Source: a virus. Taken from it: a stretch of DNA of 42,560 nt. The stretch spans positions 1-42,560 of the IMG/VR virus record IMGVR_UViG_3300002461_000092; one strand, given 5' to 3'. Under the pieces are notes generated by a model that was given only the letters and a program-made list of their open reading frames with translations, was not told the DNA's origin and did not search any database. The position numbers and the translations under genes were made by a program. Of the stretch, positions 25,183-33,127 are shown in pieces (within the stretch, counting starts at the first letter, position 1; each line of letters starts with the position of its first letter).

Positions 25183-25269
25183 GCGGGTGTGGCGGAATTG
25201 GTAGACGCGAACGGCTCAAAACCGTTTGCCTTCAATGGCTTGTCGGTTCGACCCCGGCCACCCGCACCA
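25183..25269 (+). tRNA. tRNA-Leu (anticodon CAA), type II with long variable arm and encoded CCA
   Basis: Manual fold: acceptor GCGGGTG/CACCCGC, 3-bp D stem GCG/CGC, anticodon stem AACGG/CCGTT with loop CTCAAAA, variable arm GCC-TTCAAT-GGC, T arm GTCGG-TTCGACC-CCGGC, discriminator A, then CCA. Confidence 0.9.
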
Positions 25270-25402
25270 CCCCCAGCACCGGTCTCAAAATCCAGGGCCC
25301 CACCGCCCCGCCCTGGTAGCATTCCCCTAACCCCCTGACCGCAAACGCAGAACCGCTGCGCCCCTGCGCTCGCCCCGATCATCCCTACTTGGCAGCATAT
25401 TC

Positions 25403-25410
25403 CGGTGACA
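25403..25410 (+). repeat. CGGTGACA repeat downstream of the tRNA
   Basis: The same 8-mer (9-mer CGGTGACAC shared with 25131) lies on the other side of the tRNA. Confidence 0.35.
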
Positions 25411-25441
25411 CGTGGCACCACTGACAATCTGAGGAGAACTG

Positions 25442-27835
25442 ATGCAGAACATCGACCTTGAGCAGCGCATGAGAGACGCCGGCGTGGCCCGCGCCCGGAC
25501 CATTGCCGCCCGTGCCGCTGACCGTGGGGTCATCTCCGAGACGCCGGCCGGGGTGGCCGCCATCCGCAACCTGATCCGCCCGACCACGCTCAAGATTGCC
25601 GAGTGGATGGTCGAGACGGAGGCCCGCACCTCGGGCAAGCGCGGCCGGCCACCCCACCTGTTCCGCCTGTGCGGCGGGATGGACCCGGAGGTCCTCGCCT
25701 ACCTGACCAGCAAGGTGGCCATCGACAAGGCCGCCTCCGGCCACTCCCTCACCCGCCTCGCCAGCGCCGTGGGCATGGCCATCGAGGACGAGCTGCGCCT
25801 AGCTGACTTCGAGGCCGCCGACCCCGGCCTGTTCGGCGCCATCGAGCGCACCCTGCGCCAGCGCTGCTCCAGCCCCGAGCACCAGCGCAAGGTGTGGAAC
25901 GCCAACGCCGTGAAGCGAGGCATCGAGATCACCCGCTGGACCAAGAACGAGCGGGTCAACGTGGGCCTGACGCTGGCCGACCTGTTCATCCAAGCGTCCG
26001 GCCTCATCGAGACCTACCTCATGCCCCTCGGCCGCAACCGCTGGCAGTACCAGACCCGCCTCACCGCCGCCGCCCGGGCGTGGATGGAGGACCGCACCGA
26101 CAAGGCCGGCCTCCTCCGCCCCATGTACCTGCCCACCACCCAGCCCCCGCTGCCGTGGGCGGACACCATTGGTGGCGGCTACGGGCTGGACAAGCTGGTC
26201 CCCATGCCGCTGGTCAAGCGCACCTACCGTGCCCACGTCGAGGCCCTCCAGGCCGCCGATCTGAGCCGGGTGTACCGCTCCCTCAACGCCATCCAAGACA
26301 CGGCTTGGCGGGTCAACACGCCCGTCCTCGACGTGATGAAGGAGGCGTGGGACCGGGGCCTGCTCACGGACATCCTGCCTGCCCACGACGACCGGCCGCT
26401 TCCACCCCGGCCGGACGCGCCCCCCGACAGCGACGAGTTGCGGGCGTGGAACAAGGCAGCCCGTGACACCTACGAGTTCAACGCCAAGTCCCGGGCGCAG
26501 CGGCTTGAGTTCGCCCGCCTCCTCGGGCTGGCCGACGAGCTGCGTGACGCCCCGGCCCTCCACTTCCCCCACCAGCTGGACTTCCGGGGCCGGGTGTACG
26601 CCGTGCCTGCCGGGCTCAACCCGCAGGGCCCCGACGAGGCCCGGTCGCTGCTCACCTTCACCCACGGTAAGCCGGTCGATGGCTCCGCCTTCTGGTGGCT
26701 GAACGTCCACGGTGCCAACACCTTCGGCTTCGACAAGGTGTCGATGTCCGAGCGGGCCCAGTGGGGGCAGGATAACAGGGCCCGGGCTGCGTCCGTGGTT
26801 GCCGACCCCCTTGGCGACCTGTGGTGGACTGAGGCCGACAAGCCGTGGTCCTTCCTAGCGTGGTGCTTCGAGGTGTGCCGCACTGACGGCCTGTCCTCCC
26901 TCCCCATCGCCCTCGACGGCACGTGCAACGGCCTCCAGCACTTCTCGGCCATGCTCCGTGACCCGGTGGGCGGCGCCGCGGTCAACCTCACCCCGTCCTC
27001 CAGCCCGCAGGACATCTACCAGCGGGTGGCCGACCGGACCATGGAACTGCTCCGCGTCCGGGCCGCCGAGGACAACCACTGGATGGCCCACGGATGGCTC
27101 GCCTTCGGGATCGACCGCAAGATCACCAAGCGGCCGGTCATGGTGCTGCCTTACGGCGGCACTCGGATCAGCTGCATGGACTACGTGCGGCAGGCCGTGA
27201 AGGAACGGATCGCCGGCGGGCAAGAGAACCCCTTTGGGGACCAGCTCCAAGCCGCCACCACCATGCTGGCGTCCGTCGTGTGGGACGCCATCGGTGACGT
27301 CGTGGTCGCCGCCCGAACCGCCATGCAGTGGCTCCAGTCCGCAGCCCGGGCCGCCACCGCAGCCGGCCTCCCGTGCAGCTGGGTCACCCCCTCGGGGTTC
27401 CCCGCCCATCAGGAGTACCGGGAGGTGAAGGGCCGGCAGATCAAGACCCGGCTCCGCGGGGGCATCATCGCCCCCCTCGATTACGGCGAGGTGGACCGCC
27501 TCGACCGCAGCAAGCAGGCCCTCGGCATCTCGCCCAACTTCGTCCACTCGATGGACGCTGCGGCGCTGGCCCTGACCATCTGCGGCTGCCTCGATGAGGG
27601 CATCACGTCCTTCGCCATGATCCACGACAGCTACGGCACCGTGGCTGCCGACACCGACGCCCTGGCCCGGACCCTGAGAGAGGAGTTCGTTCGCATGTAC
27701 GAGCAGCACGACGTGCTTGCCGAGTTCCGCGACCACCTCCTCGCCCAGCGCCCGACGCTGGAGCTTCCTCCCCTCCCACCGAAAGGCTCCCTCGACATCG
27801 CGCTGGTCCGCCAGAGCCCCTACTTCTTCGCCTGA
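25442..27835 (+). CDS. T7-like single-subunit DNA-directed RNA polymerase
   Basis: 797 aa. Motif A is LPIALDGTCNGLQHFSAMLRD, motif C is MIHDSYGT, and the C-terminus ends in YFFA. GAGGAG lies upstream of the ATG. Confidence 0.97.
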   Translation: MQNIDLEQRMRDAGVARARTIAARAADRGVISETPAGVAAIRNLIRPTTLKIAEWMVETEARTSGKRGRPPHLFRLCGGMDPEVLAYLTSKVAIDKAASGHSLTRLASAVGMAIEDELRLADFEAADPGLFGAIERTLRQRCSSPEHQRKVWNANAVKRGIEITRWTKNERVNVGLTLADLFIQASGLIETYLMPLGRNRWQYQTRLTAAARAWMEDRTDKAGLLRPMYLPTTQPPLPWADTIGGGYGLDKLVPMPLVKRTYRAHVEALQAADLSRVYRSLNAIQDTAWRVNTPVLDVMKEAWDRGLLTDILPAHDDRPLPPRPDAPPDSDELRAWNKAARDTYEFNAKSRAQRLEFARLLGLADELRDAPALHFPHQLDFRGRVYAVPAGLNPQGPDEARSLLTFTHGKPVDGSAFWWLNVHGANTFGFDKVSMSERAQWGQDNRARAASVVADPLGDLWWTEADKPWSFLAWCFEVCRTDGLSSLPIALDGTCNGLQHFSAMLRDPVGGAAVNLTPSSSPQDIYQRVADRTMELLRVRAAEDNHWMAHGWLAFGIDRKITKRPVMVLPYGGTRISCMDYVRQAVKERIAGGQENPFGDQLQAATTMLASVVWDAIGDVVVAARTAMQWLQSAARAATAAGLPCSWVTPSGFPAHQEYREVKGRQIKTRLRGGIIAPLDYGEVDRLDRSKQALGISPNFVHSMDAAALALTICGCLDEGITSFAMIHDSYGTVAADTDALARTLREEFVRMYEQHDVLAEFRDHLLAQRPTLELPPLPPKGSLDIALVRQSPYFFA

Positions 27836-27852
27836 TCACTGCCAAGGCGGGA
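27833..27852 (+). repeat. intergenic motif copy, type A (TGATCACTGCCAAGGCGGGA)
   Basis: 20/20 identical to 19567-19586. It begins with the RNAP stop codon and abuts the phage promoter. Confidence 0.85.
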
Positions 27853-27874
27853 TTAAACTCCTGCACTTGCCTAA
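27852..27874 (+). promoter_or_regulatory. phage RNAP promoter candidate P-middle (ATTAAACTCCTGCACTTGCCTAA)
   Basis: 21/23 identical to 16328-16350. It lies directly after the RNAP gene, at the head of the DNA metabolism module. Confidence 0.75.
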
Positions 27875-27889
27875 ATTGGAACGCCCCAC

Positions 27890-28063
27890 ATGCCCCACAC
27901 CATCACCATGCGCTTCGGCGCAGCCCACTGGGACGCCATGATCCTCACGGACAGCGGCCCCATGCACTTCAACATCAGGACCATGAACCGCCAGCAGCGC
28001 GGCCAGTTCTTCGGCGCGATCCGGGACATGGCCCAGCAGGCGTACGGAGGTAACCGCCGATGA
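27890..28063 (+). CDS. hypothetical 57-aa protein (below the ORF-track cutoff)
   Basis: MPHTITMRFGAAHWDAMILTDSGPMHFNIRTMNRQQRGQFFGAIRDMAQQAYGGNRR. GC3 is very high. The stop overlaps the next start (ATGA). Confidence 0.6.
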   Translation: MPHTITMRFGAAHWDAMILTDSGPMHFNIRTMNRQQRGQFFGAIRDMAQQAYGGNRR

Positions 28064-28287
28064 ACCCTGCCAATATGTTCAAGCCCAACACCCTCTACCC
28101 CACCTACTGCCTCCGCGATCCGGCGCCCGCTCCGCAGAACTACCCCCTAGCTGGCACCGCCCTGACCCACGCCGTGATCAGTACCGAGACGGGTCGAGTG
28201 CTTGGCCTGTTCCCCAGCTTCCACTGGGCCTCCCGCTTTGTGGAGCAGCTGAACACCAACACCAAGATCAAGGAGATCGCGGCGTGA
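28060..28287 (+). CDS. hypothetical protein
   Basis: 75 aa, translationally coupled on both sides. Confidence 0.55.
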   Translation: MNPANMFKPNTLYPTYCLRDPAPAPQNYPLAGTALTHAVISTETGRVLGLFPSFHWASRFVEQLNTNTKIKEIAA

Positions 28288-28559
28288 AGCTAAACCGCGA
28301 CCTCCTCAACAACGCCCCCACCAAGGACGTTGTTCAGGCCGTCTACTCCCTCGTGGACGACCTCCAGATGCAGCGCCCCCACATTCAGGCGGCGGCAACA
28401 GCCGTGCTGTTCCTCGTGGTGGCCGACCTCTACCGCGTCCAGCCGCAGGACGTGTTCACCACCGTCAAGAACCTCTTGTCGGACCCCATCCACGGCGAGG
28501 CCCCGGAGCTGCGTGCTCTCAGGCTCTACGCCCAGCACGAGCTGAACCCCAATGCTTAA
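28284..28559 (+). CDS. hypothetical protein
   Basis: 91 aa. The GTG start overlaps the previous stop. Confidence 0.55.
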   Translation: MKLNRDLLNNAPTKDVVQAVYSLVDDLQMQRPHIQAAATAVLFLVVADLYRVQPQDVFTTVKNLLSDPIHGEAPELRALRLYAQHELNPNA

Positions 28560-28743
28560 GATCATCCTCGTCATCCTCGCCCTGTCCGCTTCCGGCCAGC
28601 CCTTCGAGGCCGCCGTCCCCGTCGAGACCATCCAAGAGTGCGCCGAGAAGGGCACCAAGTGGGTCAGCCAGGACCCGGCCACGGTGGGCGCCAAGCGGCT
28701 CGGCTTCGTCTGCGTCGTCAGCGATGAGAGGCCGCAGGCATGA
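28552..28743 (+). CDS. small secreted or membrane-anchored protein
   Basis: 63 aa with a signal-peptide-like N-terminus, MLKIILVILALSASGQ. Confidence 0.5.
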   Translation: MLKIILVILALSASGQPFEAAVPVETIQECAEKGTKWVSQDPATVGAKRLGFVCVVSDERPQA

Positions 28744-28937
28744 AGCTCTACAAGAAAGTAGCCGGGCTCTCCCTCGGCTTCCTCCTCGCCTCCTACCTCC
28801 TCGCCGGGCTGGCTGACCCTCTGTCGGTCGCCCCACGCATGGTCGCTTGGTACGGGGCAATGTCCATCGCAACCGCCACGGCGTCCATCATGGCGGCGCT
28901 GGGTTCCGTGGTCGCCTTCATCGAGGGCCTCGACTGA
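28740..28937 (+). CDS. small membrane protein (two hydrophobic segments)
   Basis: 65 aa with hydrophobic segments GLSLGFLLASYLLAGL and AMSIATATASIMAALGSVVAFI. It has ATGA overlaps on both sides. Confidence 0.5.
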   Translation: MKLYKKVAGLSLGFLLASYLLAGLADPLSVAPRMVAWYGAMSIATATASIMAALGSVVAFIEGLD

Positions 28938-29089
28938 TGCGCTCCCTTCCCTCCTTACACGCCTTCCGCCTGTATCTCCGCGCCCGCCGCCTGTGGGCGC
29001 AGGGCGAGCCTATCCCCGTCGATCTCGCCTTCGACCTCGCAGCCCTCGGCTACGACGTCCCCGCCCTCGAAGCCCGCTATCTGGGCTAA
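28937..29089 (+). CDS. hypothetical 50-aa protein
   Basis: The ATG overlaps the previous stop (TGATG). I trimmed the track ORF 28847..29089. Confidence 0.4.
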   Translation: MRSLPSLHAFRLYLRARRLWAQGEPIPVDLAFDLAALGYDVPALEARYLG

Positions 29090-29107
29090 TCGCTACCTAG
29101 CAAGGAC
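29087..29107 (+). repeat. intergenic motif copy, type B (TAATCGCTACCTAGCAAGGAC)
   Basis: A stop-to-SD cassette upstream of the SSB gene. Confidence 0.6.
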
Positions 29108-29116
29108 CATCTCTGC

Positions 29117-29812
29117 ATGGCAGAAAAGCGCAAGTACCACAAGTTCATTACCCCCAAGGGCACCCTCCGGTACCCGAGGATCACCAAGCCGGACTATGGC
29201 AACGAGAAGTTCCCCAAGCCGGACGGCGAGTACTCCGTTCAGGCTATCTTCCGCCTCGATGACCCGGCCTTCCAGTCGTTCTTGGAGCGCATCCAGCCCA
29301 TCTACGACGCCGCCATGGCCAAGGCCGAGGACGAGTTCAAGAAGCTCAAAATCGACGTCCGCAAGAAGCTGGGCAAGGTCACGCAGAACCCCCTCTACGG
29401 CACCGTCTACGACCCGGACACCGAGGAGGAGACCGGCGAGGTCGTCATGAAGTTCTCGTGCCGTCACTCCTACACGGACAAGAAGACGGACGAGAAGAAG
29501 CTCCTGCCCAAGCCGGACATCTTCGACGCCTACAAGCGCCCCGCCAAGGGCGTCGATCCGTGGTCGGGCACCACCGCCCGCATCGCCTTCTCCGTCGAGG
29601 ACGGTGGCTACTTCATCCCCGGCACCGGCGCCGCTGGTCTCCGCCTCCGCCTCGATGCGGTGCAGATCATCGACCTCGTGGAGGGTGGCAGCCGCTCGGC
29701 CGACAGCTACGGCTTCGATGAGGAGGATGGTTTCGACGGCTCGGGCCGTGACGTTGCGGCCTCCGACGCCAGCGACGACGCCTCCGACGACGACGGCGAC
29801 ACGGACTTCTGA
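29117..29812 (+). CDS. single-stranded DNA-binding protein (T7 gp2.5-like)
   Basis: 231 aa. The N-terminus is KFITPKGTLRYPRITKPD. The acidic C-terminal tail ends in an aromatic residue (DASDDASDDDGDTDF), as in gp2.5. Confidence 0.8.
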   Translation: MAEKRKYHKFITPKGTLRYPRITKPDYGNEKFPKPDGEYSVQAIFRLDDPAFQSFLERIQPIYDAAMAKAEDEFKKLKIDVRKKLGKVTQNPLYGTVYDPDTEEETGEVVMKFSCRHSYTDKKTDEKKLLPKPDIFDAYKRPAKGVDPWSGTTARIAFSVEDGGYFIPGTGAAGLRLRLDAVQIIDLVEGGSRSADSYGFDEEDGFDGSGRDVAASDASDDASDDDGDTDF

Positions 29813-29814
29813 TC

Positions 29815-30255
29815 GTGCGTTCATCCCCGACCCGGCAGCGGGCCCTTGCTGAGGGCTACCGCTCCGGGCTGGAGGAGCTGATCGCCAAGCAGCTGGAGGC
29901 GGCGGGCATCCCCGTCGCCTTCGAGGCGATCCGTGTCCCCTACATCAAGCCTTCCAAGCCCTCCCGGTACTCCCCCGACTTCGTCCTTCCGAACGGGGTC
30001 ATCATCGAGAGCAAGGGCCGCTTCGTCACCGCCGACAGGCAGAAGCACCTCTTCATCAAGGCCCAGCACCCGGACCTCGACATCCGCTTCGTGTTCTCCA
30101 ACCCCAATGCCCGCATCGGGAAGAAGAGCACGACCACCTACGGCATGTGGTGTGAGAAGGCCGGCTTCCAATACGCCGCCCGGACCATCCCCGCCGCCTG
30201 GCTCCGCGAGAAGCCCAACAAGGCGTCCCTCGCTGCCATCTCAAACCTCGACTAG
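29815..30255 (+). CDS. endonuclease I / Holliday junction resolvase (T7 gp3-like)
   Basis: YRSGLEELIAKQLEAAGI...YSPDFVLPNGVIIESKGRF...DRQKHLFIKAQHPDLDIRFVF is collinear with T7 endonuclease I. Confidence 0.92.
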   Translation: MRSSPTRQRALAEGYRSGLEELIAKQLEAAGIPVAFEAIRVPYIKPSKPSRYSPDFVLPNGVIIESKGRFVTADRQKHLFIKAQHPDLDIRFVFSNPNARIGKKSTTTYGMWCEKAGFQYAARTIPAAWLREKPNKASLAAISNLD

Positions 30256-30276
30256 CCCTCTTAAGGAGCGACACTC

Positions 30277-30573
30277 ATGTCCTTTCGTCCCGTTCTCGGC
30301 GCCCCGCAGACCGACCTCCTCCTCTCCCACTTCCGCACCAAGCCGTCGATCAGCCCCATCGAGGCCGCCGCGATGTTCCGCATCCGCAGCCTGAGCAGGC
30401 GCATCAACGACCTTGAGGCCAAGGGCCACGTGTTCTCGCGTGAGCAGAGCAAGGACACCACCGGCCAGCGGTACGTCCGCTACCACTACCTCGGCCAGCA
30501 CTCGCCGGCCGCCGCGGCCCGCCGTTCCGGCCCGGCTCAGGGCCAGCTCGGCCTCCGCTTCGCGACCCGCTGA
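30277..30573 (+). CDS. small helix-turn-helix DNA-binding protein
   Basis: 98 aa. ISPIEAAAMFRIRSLSRRINDLEAKGHVF fits the HTH pattern of small phage wHTH proteins. AAGGAG lies upstream. Confidence 0.5.
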   Translation: MSFRPVLGAPQTDLLLSHFRTKPSISPIEAAAMFRIRSLSRRINDLEAKGHVFSREQSKDTTGQRYVRYHYLGQHSPAAAARRSGPAQGQLGLRFATR

Positions 30574-30575
30574 TC

Positions 30576-30869
30576 ATGGCGAAGTTCAGCAGGGAAGACC
30601 TGACCGACCTCGCCTATGCGTCGGTTGGGGAGGAGTTCGACGGCTTCAAGGTGCTGGTGAACCAGCTCACCGGGTCGAGCCGCTGGTCCAAGCACTATGA
30701 CTTGGTGTTCCGGGCACCGGACGGTAAGTGCTACCGCACACCGTTCAGCGTCGGCGCCACCGAGTATCAGGACGAGGGCCCCTTCGAGCACGACGGCGAC
30801 ACGATCACCGTCACCGAGGTCGAGCCCTTCGAGCGGACCATCACCGACTATCGCGCGGTGTCCGCCTGA
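30576..30869 (+). CDS. hypothetical acidic protein
   Basis: 97 aa and rich in Asp and Glu. Confidence 0.5.
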   Translation: MAKFSREDLTDLAYASVGEEFDGFKVLVNQLTGSSRWSKHYDLVFRAPDGKCYRTPFSVGATEYQDEGPFEHDGDTITVTEVEPFERTITDYRAVSA

Positions 30870-31093
30870 TGCAGGAGTTCATCCTCCTCGCCCCCGACGA
30901 CCGCAAGGTCCTCCATGCGGTGGGCAGCCGGCGACACGCCACCCAAGCGCAGGCCGAGGCGGAGGTCCACGAGATCATCGCCTCGCACCGCCACATCGTG
31001 GTGGCGCAGATCGTCTCCCACTGGCGGGCCAACATTACCGCCCGTGAGTACGACCCGACCGGCGACACCGTGAAGCTCCTGCCCCGCCGATGA
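30869..31093 (+). CDS. hypothetical protein
   Basis: 74 aa. The ATG overlaps the previous stop (TGATG). I trimmed the track ORF 30728..31093. Confidence 0.45.
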   Translation: MQEFILLAPDDRKVLHAVGSRRHATQAQAEAEVHEIIASHRHIVVAQIVSHWRANITAREYDPTGDTVKLLPRR

Positions 31094-32703
31094 CCGACCA
31101 ACCGCAGTCCGAGCTGCTCTTCAAGGGCGCTTGCGACAACTGCGGGTCCTCGGACGCCAACGCCCACTACAGCGACGGCCACGCCTACTGCTTCTCCTGC
31201 GGCCACTACACGGCGGCGGAGGGCGAGGGCGTGGCCGCTCCCGTTCCAGAAGGACCCCGAGTGAAAGACCTACTCCCCACTGGGGAACCCCGTGCCCTGC
31301 CCAAGCGGGGCCTTACGGAAGAGACGTGCCGGCGCTGGGGGTATACCTCCGGGCGCATGGCCGGCGAGCCCGTCCAGATCGCCAACTACCGGGACCCCGC
31401 AACGGGGGCGGTGGTGGCGCAGAAGGTCCGCTTCGCCAACAAGGACTTCAAGTTCCTCGGTGACACCAAGGCGGCCGGGCTTTTCGGCCAGCACCTCTGG
31501 CGTGGCGGACGCCGCGTCATCATTACCGAGGGCGAGATCGACGCCATCTCCGTGTCCCAAGCGATGGACCACAAGTGGCCCGTCGTCTCCATCCCCAACG
31601 GCGCCCAAGGCGCAGGCAAGTCCCTGTCCAAGCAGTTGGAGTGGCTCCTCGGCTTCGATGAGATCGTCCTCTGCTTCGACAACGACGAGCCCGGCCGCGC
31701 TGCCGTGGCCGAGTGCGCCCCCCTGTTCCCACCCGGGCGCGTCTTCATCGCCCACCTCCCCGAAGGAACCAAAGATGCATCCGACCTTGTGGCAAGCGGT
31801 CGCTCCGCGGAGCTGGCCCGCCGCCTTTGGGAGGCCCAACAGTACCGCCCTGATGGCCTCGTCACCCTCTCCGACATCCGCGAGGCCGCCCTTCTGGAGC
31901 CGGCTTCTGGTCTGGACTGGTGGTCCCCTGCCCTCACCTCGCTCACCTTCGGACGGCGCACTGGTGAGTGCGTTGCTCTCGGGGCTGGCACGGGGGTTGG
32001 CAAGTCCGACTTCATCTCCCAGCAAATCGCCTTCGACATCCAAGCCGGCCACTCGGTCGGTGCGTTCCTCCTCGAACAGCAGCCGGTCGAGAGCGCAAAA
32101 CGAATTGCTGGCAAGGTGGCCGGACGACGTTTTCACGTTCCCGGAGATGGATGGACGACTGGTGAGCTTGTATCAGCCCTCGACGCCTTGGCTTCGGGCG
32201 GCAAGCTCTACCTCTACGACAACTTCGGAGCCACGGACTGGGAGATCATCCGGGACCGCATCCGGTTCCTCGCCCGCTCCGAGGGCGTAAAGCTCTTCTA
32301 CCTCGACCACCTCACGGCCCTCGCCGCGCACGAGGAGGACGAGCGTGTCGCCCTAGAGCGCATCATGGCGGAGCTGGGCGGCCTCGTGAAGGAGCTGGAT
32401 GTCTGGCTCCTGTTCGTCTCGCACCTCGCCACCCCCGAGGGTAGACCCCACGAGGAGGGCGGCCGGGTCACCATCCGCCACTTCAAGGGCAGCCGATCCA
32501 TCGGCTACTGGTCCCACTTCATGTTCGGCTTGGAGCGCGACCAGCAGGCCGAGGACGAGATCGAGCGCAGCATCACCACTTTCCGCGTCCTCAAGGACCG
32601 GCTCACGGGTCAGGCCACGGGCCAGACCATCCCCCTCACCTACGACGCAAAGACCGGGCTGCTCCACGAGGGCGGCCGGGCAGCAGAGGATCACGGCTTT
32701 TGA
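31090..32703 (+). CDS. DNA primase/helicase (T7 gp4-like)
   Basis: Zinc finger CDNCGSSDANAHYSDGHAYCFSCGH, TOPRIM ITEGEIDAIS...FDNDEPG, Walker A GAGTGVGKS, and a DnaB-like C-terminal half. Confidence 0.95.
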   Translation: MTDQPQSELLFKGACDNCGSSDANAHYSDGHAYCFSCGHYTAAEGEGVAAPVPEGPRVKDLLPTGEPRALPKRGLTEETCRRWGYTSGRMAGEPVQIANYRDPATGAVVAQKVRFANKDFKFLGDTKAAGLFGQHLWRGGRRVIITEGEIDAISVSQAMDHKWPVVSIPNGAQGAGKSLSKQLEWLLGFDEIVLCFDNDEPGRAAVAECAPLFPPGRVFIAHLPEGTKDASDLVASGRSAELARRLWEAQQYRPDGLVTLSDIREAALLEPASGLDWWSPALTSLTFGRRTGECVALGAGTGVGKSDFISQQIAFDIQAGHSVGAFLLEQQPVESAKRIAGKVAGRRFHVPGDGWTTGELVSALDALASGGKLYLYDNFGATDWEIIRDRIRFLARSEGVKLFYLDHLTALAAHEEDERVALERIMAELGGLVKELDVWLLFVSHLATPEGRPHEEGGRVTIRHFKGSRSIGYWSHFMFGLERDQQAEDEIERSITTFRVLKDRLTGQATGQTIPLTYDAKTGLLHEGGRAAEDHGF

Positions 32704-32945
32704 GCACCCGCTTCTCCATCGAACGCGCCGACAACGGCGGCTACATCCTGACCGACGACAGCCTCCCCAAGGGCTACATCAACCACCCCGCGGCCGCATT
32801 CACCAGCGCCGGCGCCCTGCTCGACTGGCTCCGCACCGACGAAAAGAGCCCGCTAAAGGCGGACCTCAAGGCGTCTGAGAAGGAGCTGGCCGAGGCCATG
32901 CGGATGTATGTGCGCCCCGGTACCATCTACCCCGCCGGCCTGTGA
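32700..32945 (+). CDS. hypothetical protein
   Basis: 81 aa. The TTG start overlaps the gp4-like stop. Confidence 0.45.
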   Translation: MSTRFSIERADNGGYILTDDSLPKGYINHPAAAFTSAGALLDWLRTDEKSPLKADLKASEKELAEAMRMYVRPGTIYPAGL

Positions 32946-33127
32946 TGCCGTCTGAGCCCATCACCTACGAGCCCCCGGGCCCCTTCAACATCCGCATCGA
33001 GCGCGACATCCCCACCGAGCGCGTCCTCATGGAGGTCATGCACGGGCGCGGGGTGTTCGTCTCGTTCGTCCTGTCCACCCAGCAGGCCAGAGAGCTGGCC
33101 GCCAACATCAGGGATGTGTGCAGCTGA
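32942..33127 (+). CDS. hypothetical protein
   Basis: 61 aa, coupled to both neighbours. Confidence 0.45.
   Translation: MMPSEPITYEPPGPFNIRIERDIPTERVLMEVMHGRGVFVSFVLSTQQARELAANIRDVCS

Noticed and set aside
25292-25316. The hairpin CCAGGGC-N11-GCCCTGG after the tRNA, as a transcription terminator insulating the RNAP gene.
   Set aside because: No U-tract follows it and the loop is long. It could still be structural within attP, but it is not a convincing intrinsic terminator.
25390-25404. TTGGCAGCATATTCC upstream of the RNAP gene as a sigma54 (-24/-12) promoter.
   Set aside because: The GG is present, but there is no TGC at the required 10-nt offset.
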